From the NCBI GenBank assembly GCA_963674785.1, contig OY771555.1, positions 1,088,001 to 1,152,000 of the forward strand: 64,000 bases of DNA, given 5' to 3'. Each line of letters begins with the position of its first letter. The first letter of the stretch is position 1. The DNA comes from Caldisericia bacterium. Lineage in GTDB: Bacteria; Caldisericota; Caldisericia; JAAYUI01. The notes under the pieces are model-generated. The model was not told the origin of the DNA. It saw nothing but the letters and a program-made list of their open reading frames with translations, and did no database searches. Shown here in pieces: positions 38,207-49,600 of the stretch. The position numbers and the translations under genes are program-made.

Positions 38207-39322
38207 ATGAATAAAAAGATATTTGCTTTTTTGACTCTTGTTGCCTTCTTTGTAGCGACACAACTTACTTTTGGTTATCAGAAACCAGAGATGAGTATGC
38301 CGCAAAGGGCATTGAATAGCTATAATTCGGGTTGTCTTGATTGGGAAATTTCTGCAAATCTGACCTGTGAAAAACCAATTCCATTAAATGAAATGGTTCA
38401 TGGGATGGCAACATGGGGAGACCTGATATATGCGACAGGCACAAATGGGTCAATTTTTTGTATCACAAAGTTCGGTGCTTTGGTTTTTGCAGAACGTGTT
38501 CCTGAAAAACCAGTTGGGATTCCTTGTATTGATGAACTCGAAGTTCATGTGATGACTGAAAAAGGCTCTCTTTTCACATTCGATAGAGTTACGGGAGAGA
38601 AAAAATCAACAGTAAGAATTGCACCAGATGGGGTAACTGATATAGCAAGGTATGGGAATTACGCAGTTGTTGGTTCAAGCACGGGTTTACATTGTATAAA
38701 GATAAACAATGGTCTAAGAAAATGGAATGTTAGTTTATCAGGGCAACCACAGCCTGTTGCGATTTTTGATAATAGGGTTGTTGTCAATTACAATAGCGGA
38801 TTGATGTGTATTAGCCTTTTGACTGGTGATATTCTTTGGGAGAAAGAGGTTGAACCCGGAATAGATAAACCATTTTTCCTTGGTGTACCTGTGATTCATT
38901 TTGATAGGATTTTTATACCTTTGTCTGATGGAAAATTGGATTGTTATGGTCTTTACAATGGTGAAAAAATTTGGGAGGCAAAACACGGCTTTTCAAGGGC
39001 ACCTCCAACAACAGATGGTGGGAAGCTTTGGATCCCTGGTGGAAATCAGATATATTGTCATGATATAAAATCAGGAAAAATCCTTTGGCAGAAAGAAGTC
39101 GTTGGTAGTTGGGTGTTGTTTACGCAAGCCTTAAAAAGTGGAGATAAACTTTTTTGTGCTGGGCAAGGTGACGAGGTAGTTGTTGTTTCAGCTAAAAATG
39201 GTGAAGTTATCAACAGGCTTAAGTATATTGTTGGAACAACACAAGAGATTGCAGCTGGCAAAGACTTTATTGCGGTTGTCAATAACGGTGGCAAAAATAA
39301 TATCTACGTTTATCACCAATAA
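38207..39322 (+). CDS. Secreted PQQ-binding-like beta-propeller (BamB-like)
   Basis: Signal peptide; repeated C.....TG.ILW blades. Confidence 0.8.
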   Translation: MNKKIFAFLTLVAFFVATQLTFGYQKPEMSMPQRALNSYNSGCLDWEISANLTCEKPIPLNEMVHGMATWGDLIYATGTNGSIFCITKFGALVFAERVPEKPVGIPCIDELEVHVMTEKGSLFTFDRVTGEKKSTVRIAPDGVTDIARYGNYAVVGSSTGLHCIKINNGLRKWNVSLSGQPQPVAIFDNRVVVNYNSGLMCISLLTGDILWEKEVEPGIDKPFFLGVPVIHFDRIFIPLSDGKLDCYGLYNGEKIWEAKHGFSRAPPTTDGGKLWIPGGNQIYCHDIKSGKILWQKEVVGSWVLFTQALKSGDKLFCAGQGDEVVVVSAKNGEVINRLKYIVGTTQEIAAGKDFIAVVNNGGKNNIYVYHQ

Positions 39323-39337
39323 ATAGTCCTCTATATG

Positions 39338-39378
39338 AAAAAGCCCCCCAAAGCAGTTATTTCTTGGGGGGCTTTTTT
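39338..39378. terminator. Bidirectional intrinsic terminator
   Basis: AAAAAGCCCCCCAA...TTGGGGGGCTTTTTT between convergent genes. Confidence 0.8.
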
Positions 39379-39391
39379 GATTTCCTAGTTC

Positions 39392-40426
39392 TTATAGCTC
39401 GGTATTTATTTCAACCGCACTTTGACCCTCTTCTGGGGCGTCAATTTTGAAGATGATGTTTATGTTTGAAAGTCTGAAATGTGTAAATGTCTTGATTTTA
39501 CGAACACTTTCAAAAGCAGAGACGGAAAGGTCAACAGGAACATTTAGCAGATCACCTTCTTCAATACAAATTGAAGCCGTCAATTCAATCAGCAATTGTT
39601 GCTCAATTTCCTCTTCACCGACTTTTACTTTGTTGGGCACAACAGTTAGTGTTTTCAATCTTCGGGTTTTTCTTCCACCAACCATAAACTCACCAAAGTC
39701 TCTGACATAGTTAGAAGCCTCGAGTGCGAGATTGGCTCTTCCTACGGCATAATCGATGCTATTGAATACATCTTCAAAACCCTGATGCTTTCTTTCATTG
39801 TTGAGGAAATAACCGTCTCCGTAGTCGATCCATTGCTTGTCGCCAAGCTGAATGCAGTACTGAGGTGGTCTTGCACTGCCTTCAGTGCTTCCATCAGATG
39901 TAGGTGATTCTCTGCTGTAGTTTGTACTTAGTTTGAACTGGAATTTGTCTGGTGCAAGGAAGCTTCCCTCTTCTTTTACAGTGATCATATTCTCAGAAAC
40001 ACCGTGCTCAATATTGAAATCGAATGACTCGAGATGATCTATTCTGATCTGCTTGATTGGTGAAGGTTTTGGATTTGTGATTCCGAGAAGTTTCAGGTTT
40101 ATCTCGACATTAGAGGATGGATAGACTGCGAGCACATCCTGATAAAACGGTTCATAATGTTCAGTTGTGCAACTGAGTCTATATTCTCTTCCCTTGTCAA
40201 GCTGGGTGAAGAAAAATCTTCCATCAGTCTGTGTCACAAAAGAATCATCATCAAGATAAACCGTGACTCCTTCAAGTGGTGATCCTGTTGCTTCATCTCG
40301 GACATACCCATCTATGTATGTCACATCCTCTGGATCCTCAACGTTGCCATTGCCACATGCGGCAAACATGGGTATGATACCCACAATCAAAACAAAACTA
40401 ATCAAGTAAATAGCTATTTTTTTCAC
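39392..40426 (-). CDS. Lipoprotein with a carboxypeptidase-regulatory-like domain (likely GTG start 40426; ORF track 40480)
   Basis: SD GGAGGT, lipobox FAAC, GYVRDEATGSPLEGVTV...TQTDGRF. Confidence 0.7.
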   Translation of the reverse strand: MKKIAIYLISFVLIVGIIPMFAACGNGNVEDPEDVTYIDGYVRDEATGSPLEGVTVYLDDDSFVTQTDGRFFFTQLDKGREYRLSCTTEHYEPFYQDVLAVYPSSNVEINLKLLGITNPKPSPIKQIRIDHLESFDFNIEHGVSENMITVKEEGSFLAPDKFQFKLSTNYSRESPTSDGSTEGSARPPQYCIQLGDKQWIDYGDGYFLNNERKHQGFEDVFNSIDYAVGRANLALEASNYVRDFGEFMVGGRKTRRLKTLTVVPNKVKVGEEEIEQQLLIELTASICIEEGDLLNVPVDLSVSAFESVRKIKTFTHFRLSNINIIFKIDAPEEGQSAVEINTEL

Positions 40427-40611
40427 AGTTAAACCTCCGACTGTTTTTTTGGTTCTAAACGTCAATACACACTCTAGCATAAAAAATTCACTTTAATAGA
40501 TGCTTAACATGAACTTGTATCTTTGCTGATGGTTTGTGATTTAACTGAATTTTATCTAATGAATATATCTTCCTTACTTGAACAGATGTCATCAATAGAT
40601 AGACTGGCAGG

Positions 40612-43600
40612 GTGCATTTGTATATGAATGAACATAAGGAGAGAATGATGAAAAAAATCCTGACTACAGCAGTGGTTGTCTTACTTACAATCGGAATGCT
40701 CTACACTTCTATTGGCACAGCATTCGCAGAGGTTGGACCAGTTCACGTTGAGATGAATATCACCGGCGAAAGACTTGGTTCTGCAAGAGCAAACACAGTA
40801 ACAGCCTTCAAAATTTATATGAGACTCAATGTGAACATTGAAGTTCACGATTGGATCAAAATGTGGTTTCCAATCGATGAAAAATCGTGTGATCCAGCGG
40901 ATATTTGTGGTGAAGAGCTTACCATAAAGGGTCAGAAAGAAAGCCCAAGATTTGTTCCAAACGATGAGTACTTCAAAAAATATAATAACGAAGAAGAAGA
41001 GAAGCTTGGAAAGATTTATGAAATCCTTGATGAGCACGAAGTAAATACTCGATTTGGTGAATGCCAGAAGTGCGAAGAGCCAGAAGGCAATTGTCGTATT
41101 GTTGAAGATCCTTCAGGTCTTGGTTGCTGGCTTATGGGTACAGTACTTCCTGCAATCCCAAGAGATCAGTCAGACAGAAAAGAAAGAACAGCACAGATTA
41201 TTCATACAACCTCAATTGGATACTCACCATGTAGTGAGTGCCAGGGTTACCCACTCATCATTCAGAACTGCAACGAAAGATCATATCAGGTAAACTCTCC
41301 AGTCGGAGTTGAGGCATGGAGACAGGGATACAATCCAATCGATATCAATACTTCAAAAGCAACTGGAATTGTTACACCTGCAACCCCAGGCAGATATAGA
41401 CTCAAGATTGCAACTGCTGGCGAACCAACAGCTGTTGAGTCAGATTCATTTGTTCTTCCATGTTCAGATATTATGAATCTTACGGCTGAGCTTTCACCAA
41501 CCGACCTTTCAGCTGATACAAAACTCACATTCGACTTTGATGTAGGCGAAGGTGGAGCTCTTGATGCTGGTAACTCACTTATCATGATCCAGTTCCCAGA
41601 GGGATTTGAGCTTCCAAGAAGAATTAATCCAAGATATGTCAAAGTAAATGGTATTCCACTTAAGACCAATCCACAGGTTGCTCTTCAGTCAAGCAGGGTA
41701 ACAATCGTTTCATCTGCAAACGTTGATAATACAGAACATGTTACAATTGAATTTGATACAAAAGCAGGAATCGTTAACCCATCAAGATCAGGTCAGTTTG
41801 AATTCTGTCTTTCAACAAGTTCAGAGCCAGAAAACATTTGTACAAATGTTTTTGTTGGTACAAAACCAAGTGTTACAGTCACTCCTCCATTTGAAGGAAC
41901 ACCATCAGCTTGGAGCGCGGTTGGACTCGTTAGTGATGGAGTAACAGTCTCAGGTGGTAGCGATGTTGTTATTATCTTCCCAAGTGGAACAGTTATTCCA
42001 AAAACAATCGATCCAAAAACAATCAAACTTAACAAAAAAGAGTACTCAGGAAGTGTTTCAGTCAATGCAACGGAGCTTACACTCAAAGCCGCAGAAGACT
42101 TTGAAGGAGCATTAAGAATCGAAATCTCAGAGGCAGCAGGAATTCAGAACCCACCAAAAGGTGACTATGAACTCAAGTTCAGAGTAGCTGACAAAGAGCA
42201 TGTCTTTGAATCATTTACAATTCAGGCTTCAATTGCTCGAGTAATCAATCTTTCACTCACAGAAACTCAGGGTTATGAGCCAACAGAATACAAATTTACA
42301 TACGTCCCATCAGTAAATGGTGCAATCGCCCCAGGTGAAACTGTAACTATTTCCTTCCCAGACTCCACAATTATGCCAGAGTCAATCGATACATCAAAAA
42401 TCACAGTTGCAGGCGTCGCTGTAAAAGATGCAAAAATTGATGGAACAACTATTACATTAACAGTTGATGCTGATATTCCAGCAATCACCGGTGCCGAGAT
42501 TGTTTTTGCCGAAGATTCTGGTGTACTTACACCACAGATGGCAGGAACCCATAAACTCATTGTTTCAACTGACAAAGATGAACCAGCAGAGTCAGAAGGA
42601 TTTGGTATCACACAGCCAAAACTTCTCACCGAACTCAAATTCCTCGACCCTGACTCCCCAGATGGATGCAACGGTTGGTACAAGACGCCACCAGTACTTT
42701 CACTCAAATGCAGAAACCCAGACGCAAAAATCAGACTTTGGTACGATAAAGACCCAGTAGAAAAAGCAATTATGTACTCAGGAGAAAAGAGACTTGCACC
42801 AGGTTCACAAAGACCAATTATTCACTTCCAGGCTATGTTTGGAGATGAGCTTGAAGAACCAAAGAGTGCTCAGCTCTTCCTTGATACAGTTGTTCCAGCA
42901 CTTGAAATCAAAGAGCCATCATCAGAAAGTCTTGTTACAAAAGAAGACAAGTTTGTTGTCAAAGGTGAAAGATACTTCATCGAGATGCTTACAGACGGTG
43001 GCCCATCTCACCAGGTTGCAGATGGAGTACTCATCAAGGTTAATGATGGAGAATACACACAGATAATTGAACCAGAAATCTTTGCAGTTGCTGACAGAGA
43101 CAGTGTTGAGTCAGAATGGGAACATGAGATAAAACTTGTTGAAGGTGAAAACATTGTCACAATTCTTGGTCGTGACCAGGCATGTAATGAAGAGACATGG
43201 GTCAGAACAATCATCAGAGACAATACACCACCAGCAATCAAGATTGTTGAACCAGCAGATGGTGCATCATTCCCAGAATATGAAATCGTAACTGTCAAAG
43301 TTGAAACAGAAGCAAAAGCCTCAGTCTTCATTAATGGTGCAATCGCATCAGTTGTTGAAGAAAAAGGTGATACAGCAATCTTTGCAGCTGACGTTGACCT
43401 TGAAGACACCGACATGAAGGTTGTTGTTGAGGCAAAAGACGTTGCAGGTAACAGTAGCAAAGAAGAGATCACACTCAAGGTTGCTGCCCCAACAACAAGA
43501 CTCAAACTCTGGGTCAATACAGCCAAGTTTGTTGTTAATAATAAACAGGTTGCAGACTTTGATCCAATGCCAACAACTCAGTCACCACCACTTCCAGCAA

Positions 43601-43923
43601 AACTTGCAGGTAACACATACATGCCAGTAAGAGCAGTCTTTGAAGCACTTGGTGCAACAATTGGCTGGGATGGAGACGAAAGAAGAGTTGATGTTACTCT
43701 CGGTGATATTTTCCTTCAGTTATGGGTGAACAACTCTGTTGCAAAAATTAATGGAAAAGAAGTCACAATTAAAAGTGTTGACGGTAAGACTCTGCTTTAT
43801 CCAGCAATCGTTGCGGATAGAACAATGCTTCCACTTAGATTTGCATGTGAATCAGTAGGTGCAGACGTTAACTGGATTGCTGATGAACAGGCAATTGAGA
43901 TTGTTTATCCATCAGAAAAGTAG
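40612..43923 (+). CDS. Large secreted multi-Ig-like + stalk domain surface protein (likely start MMKK near 40645)
   Basis: Signal peptide; repeated I.FP......P..I.VNG and GI.NP...G Ig-like units; NGWY; DxAGN; C-terminal stalk domain (RTMLPLRFACESVG). Confidence 0.8.
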   Translation: MHLYMNEHKERMMKKILTTAVVVLLTIGMLYTSIGTAFAEVGPVHVEMNITGERLGSARANTVTAFKIYMRLNVNIEVHDWIKMWFPIDEKSCDPADICGEELTIKGQKESPRFVPNDEYFKKYNNEEEEKLGKIYEILDEHEVNTRFGECQKCEEPEGNCRIVEDPSGLGCWLMGTVLPAIPRDQSDRKERTAQIIHTTSIGYSPCSECQGYPLIIQNCNERSYQVNSPVGVEAWRQGYNPIDINTSKATGIVTPATPGRYRLKIATAGEPTAVESDSFVLPCSDIMNLTAELSPTDLSADTKLTFDFDVGEGGALDAGNSLIMIQFPEGFELPRRINPRYVKVNGIPLKTNPQVALQSSRVTIVSSANVDNTEHVTIEFDTKAGIVNPSRSGQFEFCLSTSSEPENICTNVFVGTKPSVTVTPPFEGTPSAWSAVGLVSDGVTVSGGSDVVIIFPSGTVIPKTIDPKTIKLNKKEYSGSVSVNATELTLKAAEDFEGALRIEISEAAGIQNPPKGDYELKFRVADKEHVFESFTIQASIARVINLSLTETQGYEPTEYKFTYVPSVNGAIAPGETVTISFPDSTIMPESIDTSKITVAGVAVKDAKIDGTTITLTVDADIPAITGAEIVFAEDSGVLTPQMAGTHKLIVSTDKDEPAESEGFGITQPKLLTELKFLDPDSPDGCNGWYKTPPVLSLKCRNPDAKIRLWYDKDPVEKAIMYSGEKRLAPGSQRPIIHFQAMFGDELEEPKSAQLFLDTVVPALEIKEPSSESLVTKEDKFVVKGERYFIEMLTDGGPSHQVADGVLIKVNDGEYTQIIEPEIFAVADRDSVESEWEHEIKLVEGENIVTILGRDQACNEETWVRTIIRDNTPPAIKIVEPADGASFPEYEIVTVKVETEAKASVFINGAIASVVEEKGDTAIFAADVDLEDTDMKVVVEAKDVAGNSSKEEITLKVAAPTTRLKLWVNTAKFVVNNKQVADFDPMPTTQSPPLPAKLAGNTYMPVRAVFEALGATIGWDGDERRVDVTLGDIFLQLWVNNSVAKINGKEVTIKSVDGKTLLYPAIVADRTMLPLRFACESVGADVNWIADEQAIEIVYPSEK

Positions 43924-43950
43924 TTTTTAAGTAAGAATTTTCGATATATC

Positions 43951-43980
43951 AAACCCCCTGGAATTTCCAGGGGGGTTTTT
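43951..43980 (+). terminator. Intrinsic terminator
   Basis: AAACCCCCTGGAA-T-TTCCAGGGGGGTTTTT. Confidence 0.8.
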
Positions 43981-44054
43981 CTTTTTGTGATTTTACTTTT
44001 ATGTCCCCTTCTATCTATTGCTTAGAGGTCTTGTTCTGAAGATAATGGTTTTAT

Positions 44055-46559
44055 GTGAGAGGGGGTAGTTTTATGAACAGAAACTCAAAAAAGCTTTTTA
44101 TAACAATAGTTGCAATGTTATTAGTTTTTTCATTCTTATGGATTGATACCACTAGTGCTGTTTTAGGGCCTGTCACTGTTGAGCTTAACTCCCATAGAAA
44201 CTTCAGTTCTCGAGCAAACTCATTGAATGATTTTACTATTAGGTTCCGATTCAATGAGGATATAAAAAAGGGTGACTGGTTAAAGGTCTGGTTTCCAGTC
44301 TCTGAGGCTGGGTCATCCGCTGATTCAATTTGTGATGATATAGGTAAGGAATTTGAGTACGGGAATACGTCAAGACTTGTAACCGATAACACCTTTTACA
44401 AAATCACAAATAAAGAAACCGCTGAGATTGAATATCTGACTTCATCTGGTTGTGAAGAATCAGAAAGTAGGTTAAAAAATATCCTAGAGGTCGATAAGAA
44501 AAAATATCTACTTGGGACAGTTCTGCCAGATATGCCAATAGATGAAAAGGATCGCCAATTTATTCTTTCTGCTACTCACCAGTTTTTTATCGGGTATAGC
44601 GGCTGCTGGTGCGGCTATGATGTTTATCCTATCGTCACCCAGACATGTGATGAGAGATCAATAAAACACTTTAGTCCATATCATTTAGAGTCTTGGAGAC
44701 AAGGGTACAATCCAATGGATTTCAGTATTTCTAAGTTTTTTGGGGTAATTTTTCCGGCGACTCCGGGAAGATATCGAGTTAAATTTGCAACTGAAGCCGA
44801 ACCAACTCCAGTTGAATCTGATTCTTTTGTGCTCCCATGTTCAGAGATATCTAAACCCAATTTCTTTTATTATTTGAATGATGAAGGCGAGATTACAAAA
44901 TATAATGTTGAATTCAATGTCGGTGAGGGTGGTGCTCTTGATAAAGATTCATCAAAAATAATCATCGATTTCCCAAATTGTTTTGAGGTTGCAAAAAAAT
45001 ATACGTTATCAAAATACTTCACAGTAAACGGAGTCCAGGGGATTCGTGAGGATTCGAACTTTGAATTGGACAAAAAGAACAATATCATTTCATTTGTTAG
45101 CCCCGTTGATGTCAATAACAATGGTCATGTAGAGATAGAAATCGATGGGAAGCTTTTTGAAAACAAGTGTGAAGAGCCATTTTCTGTTTTTGTATCAACA
45201 ACTTCTGAACCAGAATTCATCGAATCAGAAGCCCTTGAGGTAAAAGAAAGGGAGATTGAAACAACTCTCAAAATTATTGATGAAGAAGAAAAACTTGGTT
45301 GCGATGGGTGGTACAACGAGCCAATAGAGATAGAGCTAGCTTGTAATAATCCAGATGTGAAAGTCTATTACTACTTTGAGGGCGGTGAAAATGACCCCCA
45401 CGAATATTTAAAACCAATTTTTATTGATGATGAGTGTAGCATCATTGATTTTTACTACTACTCAGAAACCGATGGAACAAAAGAAAGCCCAAACCATAAA
45501 AGAATTATGATTGATACCTCAAAACCCGAAGCATCTATTACCTATCCAACAGAGAATCGAGTGTATACAAACAAAAAAGTATTTACATTCAGAGGTGAAA
45601 TCTTTGCAGAAAACATAGAAGAAAACGGAGAAATCAAGAATCAATACTTTGATTCCGTGACAATCGCTCAGAATGGCTCATCAAGAATAAGTGTTATTTC
45701 AAAGGGAGAAATGACATCTTTTTATGAAGATAAGATGGCAAAAGAATGGGAATACAAAGTTGAATTGATAGACGGAACAAGTGTTTTTGATCTTAAATAT
45801 ACGGATCAAGCTTGTAACTTAAGTTTTACTCCAGTATTTAAAATTACCTATGATATTACTCCGCCAGAGTTTGTGGTTCTTGAACCAAATGAAAACACTA
45901 TTATTAGGGAATTTGAAGCTTTTAGGGTGAAAATTGAAACCGAGCCTGATGCAAGAGTTTTTATCAATGGAGAAGAAGCTGATGAGCTTGTCGACACATC
46001 CACAGAATTAGCTTGGTTTTATAGGGATATTGAGATGACAGGGATTGAGATGGTTATCGATATTAAGGTTGTTGATAGGGCTGGGAATTCAGAAATAAAA
46101 GAATATATGTTGCAAGAGTCTGATACCCGGACAAGACTCAAACTCTGGGTAAATACCCCAAGATTTAAAAAAAATGGTGAAGAGATGCCTGAACTTGACC
46201 CAAAACCAGTCAACACTTCTCCCCCACTCCCTCACGATCTTCATAACAATACCTATATGCCAGTAAGAGCTGTTTATGAAGCACTTGGGGCAACAATTGG
46301 TTGGGATGGAGACGAAAGAAGAGTTGATGCAACACTTGGTGACATCAAAGTTCAGCTTTGGATTGATAACCCTGTTGCAAAAATAAATGGTGTCGAGAAA
46401 AAGATTATTGGTGCCGATGGTACTACAGTTCTCTATCCAACGATTGTTAAGGGAAGAACAATGCTTCCACTCAGATTCGCATGTGAATCAGTTGGTGCCG
46501 ATGTTAACTGGATTGCTGATGAAGGTGCGATCGAGATTGTTTACCCAACGGAAAGATAA
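44055..46559 (+). CDS. Secreted multi-Ig-like + stalk domain protein, shorter paralog of 40612
   Basis: Shares WRQGYNP, PATPGRYR, VESDSFVLPCS, VGEGGALD, C.GWY, DQACN and the C-terminal module with 40612. Confidence 0.8.
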   Translation: MRGGSFMNRNSKKLFITIVAMLLVFSFLWIDTTSAVLGPVTVELNSHRNFSSRANSLNDFTIRFRFNEDIKKGDWLKVWFPVSEAGSSADSICDDIGKEFEYGNTSRLVTDNTFYKITNKETAEIEYLTSSGCEESESRLKNILEVDKKKYLLGTVLPDMPIDEKDRQFILSATHQFFIGYSGCWCGYDVYPIVTQTCDERSIKHFSPYHLESWRQGYNPMDFSISKFFGVIFPATPGRYRVKFATEAEPTPVESDSFVLPCSEISKPNFFYYLNDEGEITKYNVEFNVGEGGALDKDSSKIIIDFPNCFEVAKKYTLSKYFTVNGVQGIREDSNFELDKKNNIISFVSPVDVNNNGHVEIEIDGKLFENKCEEPFSVFVSTTSEPEFIESEALEVKEREIETTLKIIDEEEKLGCDGWYNEPIEIELACNNPDVKVYYYFEGGENDPHEYLKPIFIDDECSIIDFYYYSETDGTKESPNHKRIMIDTSKPEASITYPTENRVYTNKKVFTFRGEIFAENIEENGEIKNQYFDSVTIAQNGSSRISVISKGEMTSFYEDKMAKEWEYKVELIDGTSVFDLKYTDQACNLSFTPVFKITYDITPPEFVVLEPNENTIIREFEAFRVKIETEPDARVFINGEEADELVDTSTELAWFYRDIEMTGIEMVIDIKVVDRAGNSEIKEYMLQESDTRTRLKLWVNTPRFKKNGEEMPELDPKPVNTSPPLPHDLHNNTYMPVRAVYEALGATIGWDGDERRVDATLGDIKVQLWIDNPVAKINGVEKKIIGADGTTVLYPTIVKGRTMLPLRFACESVGADVNWIADEGAIEIVYPTER

Positions 46560-46561
46560 AA

Positions 46562-46589
46562 AATCCCCTCACAGATTTGTGAGGGGATT
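46562..46589. terminator. Hairpin between convergent genes (terminator)
   Basis: AATCCCCTCACA-GATT-TGTGAGGGGATT. Confidence 0.7.
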
Positions 46590-46601
46590 GAAATTTAGTT
46601 C

Positions 46602-49600
46602 TTATTCGCAGTCAACAATTGTAAATTCATCAAGAATTACGAGTGGTGACCCGGGAACTGATGCCGTTCCACAAACCCTAACACATGTGCCTTCCACTAA
46701 ATCAGAACAGATGATACCGAGTTCTGCAGGAATATAGACCATTTTTCTGTTACCTGCACTAATTCTAATTACAAGCATTGTGCCTGCATCTCCAGCACCA
46801 ATTCCACACTGGATAAACTCAATCTCTCCTGTGAAGCACTCTCTTTCAGGTTCAGCGCACGGGCATTCTACTTCCTCCGATGAGATCATGTAGAATTCAT
46901 TGCCCATGATTATTCTAGTCTCATCACCTGCGTCGATTGGGGTTCTAAATCCACAGAATCTCCAGCATTCTCCAACCTCTATATCTGGATTTAAAATTGA
47001 GTCTCCATTTGCCATCATTACCGACCATGTATGCCCAGTCCTATCAAACCCTCTAATTCTACTACCAGTGGATGTGATTGTGATACAGAGACAACCGGGA
47101 ATCCTTATCTCGCATGGTTCTTCGCGTTCGGTCATCTCCATGACTCGAATTTCAGTTTCACCCGTTCGATACATTGCAATAGTTCCACAAACCTCCCAGA
47201 ACTGGCCTTCCGCGATTTCTTCATAGCTTGTGGGTTCCATGTCTTCAAGATTGAGAGTAATTGGTATCGGAATCCCATATGTTCCAGAAACAGCATTTAC
47301 GGTTGGCGGAGTTGTTGATGTGTCTACGGTATCTATTTCAAGACAAAGGCATGTGTAAGGTGGAAGCTCAACACATTCCACAGGTGTAACAGAGATAACA
47401 TCCATCTCCTCTTCACCACTGATTCTAACCTCGTATTCTCCAGGGCTGGTTCTGTTTCCACAAACTGTGTAGCAGTTTCCAGGAACAAGGCTGTCAACGA
47501 GGGTTGGGTCGTCATCAAAGTGAAGTGTCCATCTGGTATAGCTAAGGTCATGTCCTGTTGCGAAACTTTCTGTTGGATCCTCAAGAGTTGTTATGTTATC
47601 AATTTGGATATAGGTGCACATGGCTGTGCATGGAGAATCAAGCGGTAAAGCTGATTCGACTGCGATATGTGGGATAGCTGTACTATCCGGTCCTCTTGTG
47701 TATGTGAATTCGCCACATACTTCCCAATATGAACCTTCAGTAAATCTTTCACAGAAGGTAGTCCTATCAGCTTCAAATGTCAAAAATACATCATTCCTGT
47801 AGATATCAACTGCATTTACAGTGAGTGGGTCAGAAGTACAATCGGATGATACCACCTGAATACACATGCAACCGGTGATCGTGTCAGATGGTGGGCATGT
47901 TATGATTCTGATGTTTTTAGTTTGGATAACAGTTCTGTCCTCTGTTTCTTCTGTTATGAATCCACAGGCAGAGATGCACATCCCTTCAGATAATTCTTCA
48001 CATAAAGTTGGGTCTGTCAGGTTGAGTCTGTAAACATCTTCTTCATTTGAGGTACTTGTTCCGTAAACGACAGGAAGTGCTGAATCACAATTTACTCGCT
48101 CAATTGTTATTTCAACACAAGTTGAATCTGGGCAACAATCTTCATCTTCGATCCTCCACATCCGGATTGTTTTATCATCTTCTTCAAGACAGAAAGATGC
48201 ACATCCGGTGTATGTTTCAATTGTCTGTGTTCTTCCTATGTCATAGTGGTTATTTCGTGTAGTCAGTATTCTGTCCCAACCACCGCATTCTGAGATGAAA
48301 ACGGAAGTGTAACTTCCAGTTTTACTCATGGTTGCGTTTATTTCACCTTTGATCCAGTTGCAATTTGTTTCACATGGCTCTTCTTGCGGAGTGACTGATG
48401 TGACCTGCATTGATATTCCTGTTAAACCCAAACCTTCATGTGTTATGCGGGTTACTTCTCCACAGAATTCATAAAATCTGCCGATTTCAATTTCATCACA
48501 TAAATCTGGGTTTTCTGAAAATCCGAGATTCCACATTTTCCCCTCAGGGTCAATTCCATTGAAGTTCCTGCAATCACCTCTTACGATTTCAAGACAAATA
48601 CACTCAATAATTCTCTCTGGTGGAGGGGGTTCTTCGTCAGAACAGCAATCCGCAAGGTCAGGTAGAGCAATCCATCTGACAATTACTCCATCCTGATTGA
48701 TACAAATGTTTGCACATCCTTCAAAATCACTAATCTCGATTCCTTCGAGCATGTCAGTCATATTTGATGATGCAGAATATGTCTGGGGGCCGTCTTCACA
48801 GGTTTCCACAGATACAGCATATATCCTCATTGAACCAGTCACGAAACTCTGAACATCTGTTATCTCTCCAATTATCCAGGTGCATCCCTCGCAGGGACAA
48901 GGGCAGTCTACTTCTGTGAAGCTTTCTGCTGGCAGTAGTTTTCGATCAGCAAGAGTAAAAGTCATAACCCCGCAGAACTCGTAACATCTTCCGACTTGGA
49001 TTTGCGAGCATGTATCAGAATCTGTCTGGGGAAGACTGACAACATAATCAATTCCAGTACAGGTTTTACCCATCACCAGAATTCCCTCATCAGAACACTC
49101 TTTATTTTCAACCTGGATACAGACACAAACCTGTTCTGGCATGATTTCTTCTTCACAAATATCCTCATCTTGTGGAAAAGCTTCCCACTTTGCAAGATCT
49201 CCAGATTCTCTGAAACAGAAATTCGCATTCCCTGAATAAGCACTCAACATATCTTTTGAGTTTTCCGCTTTCAGGTCGTCTTTCAGGTAGATAATCCTTT
49301 TCTTTCCACCGCAAAGCTCGACAAAAACATCAAAAAAGCTATCCTGAGTAACTGATGCTAGGTAATAGGTCTTCTCTTTCTCTAGAACTCTTCCCGCAAT
49401 CCACTCACATTTTCCACATTCTGGATCATCAAACCTAAGCTCAACAGTCTTAGTATCCCCATACCATCTAATATCATCTGGTCCTGTTGCACCTAAGTTC
49501 TCTGCAACAAACCTCATTGGTAATAGTGTTCTTCCATTCTCAATAAATGGAACTACCTCTGGATTATTAGGGTCAATCTGTATAACCTCACCATTTATCT

